Shown here: positions 10,037 through 18,500 of the stretch, piece after piece
How the letters are laid out: the number at the start of each line of letters is the position of its first letter
How positions within the stretch are numbered: the first letter of the stretch is position 1
NCBI GenBank assembly: GCA_016213845.1
Contig: JACQZN010000049.1
Span: 15,574-79,573, forward strand
Source of the DNA: Candidatus Wallbacteria bacterium
GTDB taxonomy: Bacteria > Muiribacteriota > UBA6191 > JACPRK01
Direction of reading: 5' to 3'
Length of the DNA stretch: 64,000 bases
Notes under the pieces: model-generated
Told to the model about the DNA's origin: nothing
Databases searched by the model: none
The model's input: the letters and a program-made list of their open reading frames with translations, nothing else
Translations under genes and position numbers: made by a program

Positions 10037-10271
10037 TCAGCTCGGTGACGGACGCCCCTGCCCCTGCCCCTGCCCGCGAAAACCCGGTACAGGTATACGC
10101 CACGCACCTTCCCCCGCCACGCACCTTCCCCTGCCCGCGAAAACCCGGTACAGGTATACGCCACGCACATTCTCTCAGCTCGGTGACGGACGCCCCTGCC
10201 CCTGCCCCTGCCCCTGCCCGCGAAAACCCGGTACAGGTACACGCCACGCGCATTCTCTTCGCATTCTCTTC
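10037..10271. repeat. Composite intergenic repeat: three copies of a 41-bp unit, two copies of an 18-bp unit, and (CCCCTG)n runs
   Basis: CCCCTGCCCGCGAAAACCCGGTACAGGTATACGCCACGCAC at 10067, 10128 and 10211 (2 mismatches in the last); TCAGCTCGGTGACGGACG at 10037 and 10175. Confidence 0.9.
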
Positions 10272-10364
10272 GCGGCGATTGCCGTGAACTTGGGCGCGCC
10301 GGGACTGGCCGGCGGTCAGCGGTCGGGCTGGCTGCGGGCGGTCTCTGCCTCCCCCGATGACGGG

Positions 10365-11306
10365 CTAGGAGCCCTTGCCCGGGTGCTCGGCCTTGGGCAG
10401 AGGGATCAGGATCTTCTCGCCGGGCTTCAGCGTCTCCTTCTTGTTGTTGTAGAGCTTGATCAAGGAAGGATCGCCCTTGCCGCCGTAAAACTTGTCGGCA
10501 ACCGAGGCGAACGTGTCGCCGGCCTGCACTTGGTAGAGCTTGAAGTCGTAGGAGGCGTAGTCCAGCTTGCCCTCGGCCGGAGCAGCCGCCTTCGGGGCCG
10601 CGGGCGCCTTTTCCTGGCCAGTCTTCGCGCCGGAATCGGCCGCGGCGGCGCTGTGCGCCGTGGCGCGGGCTGCCGGACGCGCTGCTCGCGGAGCCGTGGC
10701 CTTTGCCTCCGGATCTTGGGGGATGACCAGTTCCTGGCCGACGCGAATGCGATCCGTTGGAGCCAGTCCGTTGGCGTCGGCGATCAGGTAGAACTTCTGG
10801 CCCGAGCCGAAGAACTTCTTGGCGATCCGGGCCAGCGTGTCCCCTCGCTGCACCTTGTACATGTCGCCCTCGGGGGAATTGCGAAGTGCGGAGCGCGAGG
10901 GAGCGGCCGGTTGAGCCAGGGGCTCTGCCGGCCCGGAGGGCTCGACCTCCGTCCGGTGCCTGGGCTCGGCCACGCCGTACTTTTCGGGCCGAGGGCGCTC
11001 GGGGCCCGCCTCGTCGTCATCGCGGGAGACGCCTTTCATCTTGCCGAAAACCGACCGGATGCGCTCCAGGCGCTCATTTTTCTTGCCTTCGATGTCGGTG
11101 AAACGCTCGACCGGGGCCGCAGCGCTGTCGGCCTTGGCGGCGTCCACTTCGTCGGAGGACCCCTCCTGCTCCAAGGGGAGCTTCGTCGTCCGGGGCGGTG
11201 GGTCGAGGTCGATCACCTCGATCCCCTTCTTTCCAGTCTCTGCGGCCGCCAGCGAGAAGACCAGCGCCGTAGCAAATGCCAGCGATAGCAACCTTCGGGT
11301 GATCAC
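10365..11306 (-). CDS. Secreted protein with two LysM domains
   Basis: GTG at 11306 after AAGGAG; signal peptide; YKVQRGDTLARIAKKFFG and YQVQAGDTFASVADKFYG. Confidence 0.88.
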   Translation of the reverse strand: MITRRLLSLAFATALVFSLAAAETGKKGIEVIDLDPPPRTTKLPLEQEGSSDEVDAAKADSAAAPVERFTDIEGKKNERLERIRSVFGKMKGVSRDDDEAGPERPRPEKYGVAEPRHRTEVEPSGPAEPLAQPAAPSRSALRNSPEGDMYKVQRGDTLARIAKKFFGSGQKFYLIADANGLAPTDRIRVGQELVIPQDPEAKATAPRAARPAARATAHSAAAADSGAKTGQEKAPAAPKAAAPAEGKLDYASYDFKLYQVQAGDTFASVADKFYGGKGDPSLIKLYNNKKETLKPGEKILIPLPKAEHPGKGS

Positions 11307-11447
11307 GAACGACTCCTTTTTCTGATGAGTGGGGCTTTCCGTCACCGCCGCTTGCGAGCGAGTGACATGATCGTCATTTTTCGCGTTCATTTTATCACGA
11401 CACACCGGAGGATCGCGCGTCCAGAGAAAATTTTTTGAGCGGGACAT

Positions 11448-11456
11448 TGCTATACT
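11448..11456 (+). promoter_or_regulatory. Putative extended -10 promoter for the creatininase-family gene
   Basis: TG-c-TATACT in an AT-rich intergenic region, 15 nt before ATG 11471. Confidence 0.5.
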
Positions 11457-11470
11457 GCACCTGACGCGCG

Positions 11471-12397
11471 ATGCCGATCCACCGACTCGAAGAACTCACA
11501 TGGAGGCAGCTCGATCAGCTGCCGCGGGATCGCACCGCGATCCTCTTGCCGATCAGCCCCCTGGAGGAGCACGGGACCCATCTCCCTGTTGGGATGGATG
11601 GGTTCACCGCGGTGGCGCTCGCCGAGACCTGCGCCGACGAGTTCGTCACTCGCGATCCCGGCCGGCACGCCGTTCTCGCCCCTCTCGTTCCTCTGGGGAC
11701 GTGGACCTTCGACATGGTCGGGTCGGTGAAGGTGCGACAGCGCGTCGTGCGCGAGCTGGCCTCGGACCTGGGCGAGTCCTTTGCGCGCTACGGCTTCCGC
11801 CACATCGTGGTGACCAACGGCCACGGCGCGCCGGGACACATCGTGGCGCTGGAGGAAGCTTGCGACCGCATCACCCGGCGCTACAGGAGCAAGGGCGTGC
11901 AGATGGTCAGCCCATTCGGCCCGATGGTCTCGCGCTACTTCGAGGGCCAGTACGGCGCCGAGCTGGCGGCCGAGACCCAGGGCGAGCTCTCTGCCGAGCA
12001 AGCCGCCCACCTTCCGGACGACATCCACGCGGGGATGTTCGAGACGTCCCTGCTCCTGCACCTCAAGCCGCACCTCGTGGGGCCGGAGTACAGAACACTC
12101 CCACCGGTCCTGATGCCAAAGGAGAGTCTGGGCCTCACCTCTGCGCAGGTCGCCGGACAGGGGCTGGGTTATCTCGGCTACCCGGCCAGCGCCCGCGCCA
12201 GCTTCGGCGAGGCGGCGGTTCGCCTGGTCCGCCGGGAGCTGGGCGAGCTGCTCGACCGGATGGTGGCCGGCGAGGACGTGAGCGCGCTGGTCCACTCCAG
12301 CTATGGGCGCATACCCTACTTCCGGACCGACTTCTTGCGAGTGCTGCTCGGAGCGGCCCTCGCGCTCGTCCTGGCGATATGGCTGTTCTGGCGGTAG
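11471..12397 (+). CDS. Creatininase-family metalloamidohydrolase with C-terminal hydrophobic tail
   Basis: EEHGTHLP..D, NGHG and DIHAGMFETS metal-binding motifs. Confidence 0.88.
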   Translation: MPIHRLEELTWRQLDQLPRDRTAILLPISPLEEHGTHLPVGMDGFTAVALAETCADEFVTRDPGRHAVLAPLVPLGTWTFDMVGSVKVRQRVVRELASDLGESFARYGFRHIVVTNGHGAPGHIVALEEACDRITRRYRSKGVQMVSPFGPMVSRYFEGQYGAELAAETQGELSAEQAAHLPDDIHAGMFETSLLLHLKPHLVGPEYRTLPPVLMPKESLGLTSAQVAGQGLGYLGYPASARASFGEAAVRLVRRELGELLDRMVAGEDVSALVHSSYGRIPYFRTDFLRVLLGAALALVLAIWLFWR

Positions 12398-12417
12398 GAC
12401 CAGCACGGAATGGTGCG

Positions 12418-12446
12418 TTGACATGATCGCAGGCGCGCTCTATAGG
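12418..12446 (+). promoter_or_regulatory. Putative sigma70 promoter for the giant lipoprotein gene
   Basis: TTGACA-N17-TATAGG. Confidence 0.6.
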
Positions 12447-12546
12447 CAATGGCGGGCCCGCGGCGCCGTAGCCCGAGGCTCGTGTTCGGCCGTTTCCACC
12501 GGCACGAGACGCAGGCCCGAAAGTTGCTGAGGCGGCTCCCAGTCCC

Positions 12547-15500
12547 GTGAACAAGCTCTCCGGTCCGATCGCGCTCCTGCTGGCGTGGCTTGCCTTCGCC
12601 TCGACGACCGGGTGCGGCGGCGGTGGCGGCGGGAGCAGCTCCACGGCCGGAGGAGGCTCCGGCCCAGGGACGGCCGGCACCACCAGCGGCGCGGCGGTGA
12701 AGGGCCCGTTCTTGCGGGGAAGCCCGGTCAAGATTTTCCGGGTGACGGGTGGCCAGCAGGGTGACCTGATCGGCACCGGAACGGTAGGTGACGGCGGCAC
12801 CTTCAGCATCCGGCTCGCCGACGGCAGCTACTCGGGACCGCTGCTCTTCAGCGTGTCGGGGAGCTACTCGAGCGAGTCGGGCGGCACGGACACCATCTCG
12901 GAGACCAACCCGATCTTCGGCTTCCTGCCGAGCTACTCGGCCGGCACGACCGAAGCGAACATCTCCGTGACGCCGCTGACGCACCTGGCGCTGCAGCTGG
13001 CGCTGGGCCGCGGGCCGCTCGGCTCCGCGTCCATGCAGTCGGCTTCCGACGAGATCGGCACGCGCTTCGGCCTGACCAACATCGGCCGGACCGTGCCTGC
13101 CGACCCAACGGCCGCGGGCAGCCAGGACAGTCCCGCACTGCGGTACGGGCTCGTGCTGGCGGGGCTCACCCAGCAGGCCCAGATCAAGAGCGTGTCGACC
13201 GAAGCGCTCATCGCCAGCCTGGGCAGCGACGCGGCCGACGGCAGCCTGGACGGCCAGGCGGCCTCGGGGGCGCTGGCAGGGTACAGCTCTAGCTTCTTCA
13301 CCAGCGATCTGGCGGCGGGCGTGGACAGCTTCGTCCAGAGCACGAACAACCGCTCCAACGTCACCGAGACTCCGACGGAGCTCAAGCAGAGCCTGACGCG
13401 CGCGCTGGTCTCCATCGGCAACCTCGCACTGCCGTCGCTTGCGGCGAGGGGCCAGATCGTGACGGCGACGGTGCTGCTGGCCAACACGGGAGGCAACCCG
13501 GCGCGCATCGACGCCGTCACGCTCACGCCCAGCCAATCGGGCGTCTCGGTGACGGCATCGGCCTCCAACCCGGGCACGCTCGGCGCCGGGCAGAGCGCGG
13601 TCTTCACGTTCTCGATATCGATCGACTCGAACGCTCCTCCAGGTACACCGACTTTCCAGCTGCGCGTGGACGCGACCGACACAGTCACCAACCAGCCCGC
13701 TGGCGCCGCTCGTTCCAACGCGGGCTCTCTGGCGATCCAGGAGCCGTCGTCGGTCTCGATCGGCAACCTGCAGACTCCCGGGACGGTGGTGCGCGGCGGC
13801 AGTTTCAGCGTGCTGATGCCGGTGACGAACTCGGGCGGGGCCGCGGCGACCCTCGAATCGGCGGCGCTCACGTTCTCCGTCGCCGGATTCGGCGCGCAGG
13901 CCGATTCGGCCAATCCGGTCCGGGTGGAAGCCGGCGACTCGGTCGCCCTGCGCTTCATCGTGACGGTCGGCTCCGGTGTGGCGCCCGGCAATGTGACCAT
14001 CGACGCGCGGGTGACTTCGAGGGATACCGCCAGCAACGGCACGGGGGAGGCAGTGCTGGCAGGGGCGGGCGTCGTGAGAGTGCTGTCGCCGGCGGCGCTG
14101 GCCATCGGGACGATCCTGGGCTCGGGGCCGCTGGTGGCGGGGCAGACGATCGTGGTGAGCCTACCGGTGACGAACTCCGGCGAGTCGGTGGCGACGATCC
14201 AGTCGGTGACGCTCGGGTTCGGCACGACGGACCTCACGGTCACGCCGCTTTCCGGCAACCCGGGCTCGATCTCGCCTGGCATCACCAGCCTGTTCCGCTT
14301 CCGAGTGACCGCGGGCGCCAACACGGCCGGCCGCAGCTTCACGGCGAGCGCCACGGCCCAGGGCACCGACTCCTCGAGCGGCGCATCGGTCTCGGCCCCG
14401 CCGCGAGGGGATGCTGGAACGCTCGTCATCGTGCGGCCGGCCACGCTCTCAATCGGCTCGCTGGCGCTGCCTGCGTCGGTGAGCGTCGGCCAGACGTTCA
14501 CAGCGACGCTTTCCGTGACGAACACGGGCGAGTCGACGGCGGACATCGGGCTGGTGTCGGTGACGTTCGACAACCCGGGAGTCAACACGGTCGCGGGGGT
14601 CTCGAACCCTGGCTCGATTCTGCCGGGGGCCACGCAGACTTTCCGCGTGAGCGTGCTGGTGAGTAGCAACGCATCGCCCGGGCCGGTGGTCGGGTCGGTA
14701 GCGATCACGGCCGTCGATCGGTTGAGCGGCGCAAGCGCCTCGACCTCGCAGGCGAACCTGGCCACGGTCAATGTGCTGACACGCGCGGCGCTGGCGCCGC
14801 TGTCGGTGGCGATAGCCCCGCTCGTCTCCAAGGGCCAGACGACCGTGGCTACGCTGACGGTGCAGAACGCCGGCCAGGCACGGGCAACGATCACCGCGGC
14901 CAGCCTGACCTTCAGCGATCGCAACATCACCGCCGCGGCCCGCGCCGACAACCCGGCGTCGGTGGCAGGAAATGCGACAGCGCAGCTCAGGTTCGACGTG
15001 ACGATCGGCTCGGCCGCCGCAAGCGGCATCGCCACGATCGGGGCCAGCATCTCCGGCAAGGACGCCAACAGCAGCGCTCAGACCGGGGGCTCCGTGGCCG
15101 ACGCGGGCTCCACGCTGGTCCAGACACCCGCCGCGCTCTCCGTGAGCACGGTGAGCGGGCCGGCACGGCTCAGCCAGGGGCAGACGTTCACGGCCACGGC
15201 GACGATCGCCAACCTGGGCGAGGCAGCCGTGAGGCTCTCGGCTGCGTCCTTGACCTTCAGCAACCCCAACGTCACGGCGTCGGTCGCAAGCCCCAGTCCC
15301 TTGCCGACACTGGGCCAGGGGCAGAGCGTGCTCCTGCGCTTTTCGGGGACGGTCGGGGCCGCAGCCGCACCTGGGCCGATCACCGCCGTGTTCGAGGCAT
15401 CCGGCCGCGACGTGAACTCGAGCGCCACGGTTCGCGCCAGCCAGACGCAAGCGCTGTCCGCGACCGTCGACACGCCGGCGGCCGTTTCGGTCGTCAGCCT

Positions 15501-18500
15501 GGTGCCCAGCACCGGTACCGTGAGCCAGGGGCAACAGTTCACGGCCTCCCTGACACTGCGCAACAGCGGTTCGGCAACGGCCGTCTTGACGGCCATCTCG
15601 CTGGATTTCGGCTCGACGGGCCTGACGGCTCCGGCCGCCAGCACGCCCGTGAGCTTGGCCGGCAACGGCAGCCTTACCACCCTCGTGTTCCAGCTGTCGG
15701 CAGCAAGCGCGGCGGCGGGCGCGGCCTCGTTCTCCTCACGCGTGAAGGGATTCGATCAGAACAGCCTGACGGCGTTGACCGTGGCGGCGGGGAGCGCGGC
15801 AGTGCTGGTGCAGACACGGGCCGCTCTGCGAGTCTCGGGGCTCGCCTTTTCCCGGCCTGCCTTCACGATGACGCAGGCCCAGTCGGCCAGCATCACGCTG
15901 ACGCTCACCAACGATGGGCAGGCCGGCGCCGACGTCTCCTCGGCCCAGCTCCTCTTCGACCGGGCCGTCCTCTCGGCGGCCGGCCAGTCAGTGAACCAGC
16001 GAATCGCGGGCGGCGCCAGCAGGAGCTTCGTCTTCGGCGTGACGGCCTCCCCGACGCTGACGGCGGTGGTCAAGGTCGACGGAGACGCCACGGCGCTCGA
16101 CGCCAACAGCCGGGCGAGCGTGGCGGTGACGCGAGGCAACACGCTGACGATCACCGTGCAGCGCCCCGCGGGCCTGACCCTGGACAGGATCGACGTTCGG
16201 CGGACGGTGACGCTGGGTCAAGTGACGGCTGCGACGATGGTTTTCCGCAACTCGGGCGAGGCCGCGCTGACCTTGACGGCAGCCGACGTGGTCCGGAACC
16301 TGCCGCTGGTGAACCTCTCGAGCTTCTCGGGCTCGGTGGCGATCGCGGGCGGCCGGACGGCGCCTGCAGTCGTGAACATGACAGCCGTGGCGCTGGGCGC
16401 GGTGACGCTGACCTCGGCCACGGCACAGGCGACAGAGGACAACACGGGCAAGCGGCTGACGATCGTGAACGGGATGACGCTGCCGCCGACGATCACGGTG
16501 CAGGAGCCGCCCGGAATCCGCGTCGATCTGCCCCAGGTTCCGGCGTTCGTGTCGATCGGTCAGACGTTCAGCGTGACGGCGATGATCGCCAACACGGGAG
16601 AGGCGCCGCTCGTGCTGACGGCGGCGACCGCGGCCTTCCGGCCTCCGCCGACGCTTCCGGCGACGGTCGTGACGAACCTGGCGTCGCTCACGATCCCCGG
16701 ATTCACGACGGCTCCGGTGGTCTTCTCGGTGACGGTGCCGGTGACCGAGACCGCGGGCGTGCGGGACCTGGACCTGGACGCCACGGGCCAGGACGCAAAC
16801 ACGGGCCTGGCCTTGCCGACCGCGACCCGCAGCCCGGCGGCACAGGTGACGCTGCAGACGACGCCGCAGCTCTCGATCCTGCCGCTGGTCAAGCAGGGGA
16901 CGGCCAGCCGCGGACAGACCTTCACGGTGACGATCCCGGTGCGGAACCTGGGCCAGGCGACGGCCCGGGTGACGGCCGCAACGCTGGTTTGGAGCAAGAC
17001 GAAGGTGACTTCGGCACTGGCCGCGGGTCAGACGCTGGACGTCCCCGGCGGCACCACCGGCACCGTGGCCATGACCGTTACCGTCGCCTCGGATGCTCCA
17101 TTGGGTCCAGTGACGTCAGTGGCTACAGTGGATGCGATTGACGTCAACAGCCGGCTCGCCCTGCCGCGCCTGAGCTTCGCCAGCTCCGTCCCCACCACCA
17201 TCGAGGCGCCCGCCGCGCTCTCCATCGTCAGCTACAAGGGACCGAGCCGCGTCAGCCAGGGACAGAGCTTCACCGCCACTGTCGGCGTCAAGAACCTGGG
17301 CGGCGCCCTCGCGCGGATTCGCGACGCCACGCTGGTCTGGTCGCGCCCCGGTATCACGGCTACGCTGACCAGCCCGGCCACGCCCACCTTCGTCACCGGG
17401 GGAAGCTCCGTCACCACGACCGTCCTGCAGTTCACCTGCTTCGTCGACGCCGCCGCTCAGACGGGCCTCACCACTGGCGACGTCACCGTCAGCGCCAACG
17501 ACGCCAACGGCGAGCTGCTCGACATCACCGCCTTCGCCCCGCGCATCGCCAGCACCACCGTGCAGACGAAGGCGACGCCGCTCTTGGTCTCGCTCGGCAC
17601 TCCGCCCACCATCTCCCAGGGCCAGACCGCCCGAGTCTCGCTCACCGTCACCAACACCGGCGAGGCGCGCGTCCTGCTCGATCCACCCACGCTCTCCGTC
17701 CTCGGCAACACCATCGTCTTCAGCGCGCGGGCCTCCAACCCGACCAGCATCGCCGGGCTCGCCTCGGCGGCGCTCTCATTCGACCTGACGGTCTCGGCCT
17801 CGGCGACCCCGGGCACCACCGACATCTCCGTGCAGCTCTCCGCCCACGACGAGAACAACCCGGGCCCCACCATCGTCGCGTCCAATCCGAGCATCCGTCA
17901 GATCGTCATCCAGCGCCCCCCTCAGCTGACCCTGGGCGACCTCATCAGCGTGCCCGCCCACGTCTCCCGCGGCCAGCTCGTGAAGCTCTCTCTTCCCGTG
18001 ACCAACCCGCCGGACGCTGCCACGGCGCGCTTCAACGGGCCCAGCCTGGCCGGCTCGGCCGCCGGCGTCTCCACCGTGACCACGCCCCCTTCGCCCAGCG
18101 TGATTACCAGCGGCCAGACCACCAACCTCGTCTTCCTGACCTCGATCTCGTCTACGGCCACCACCGGCACCATCTTCCTCCAGGGCATCGTCCCGTTCAT
18201 CGACGCCAACACCGGCCTGCCCGCCGGCACCGTCACGCGCAACCCCGTTGGCCAGCTCGACGTCCAGCTCGGCGCCAAGCTCTCACTCGGCCAGTCAGGC
18301 GCGCGCACGTCCGTCACCCAGGGCCAGAGCTTCAGCGCGACCATCGCGGCACTCAACCAGTCGGGCGGCGCCGGCGCAGCAGCCACCGGCACAGCCGCGG
18401 TTCTCGTCAAGAGCGACTCCACTTTCTCCGCCACGCTGACGCAGCCGCCGGGAACCATCAACGGTGGCGACACTGCCAACTCCACCCTCAACATCGCCAC

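Noticed and set aside
9853-10242. N-terminal extension of the SNF2 helicase
   Set aside because: It is a translation of intergenic tandem repeats; ATG 9852 is the plausible start
10037-10271. CRISPR array
   Set aside because: Only three units, spacers of unequal length (20 and 42 nt) made of repeat fragments, and no cas genes in the window
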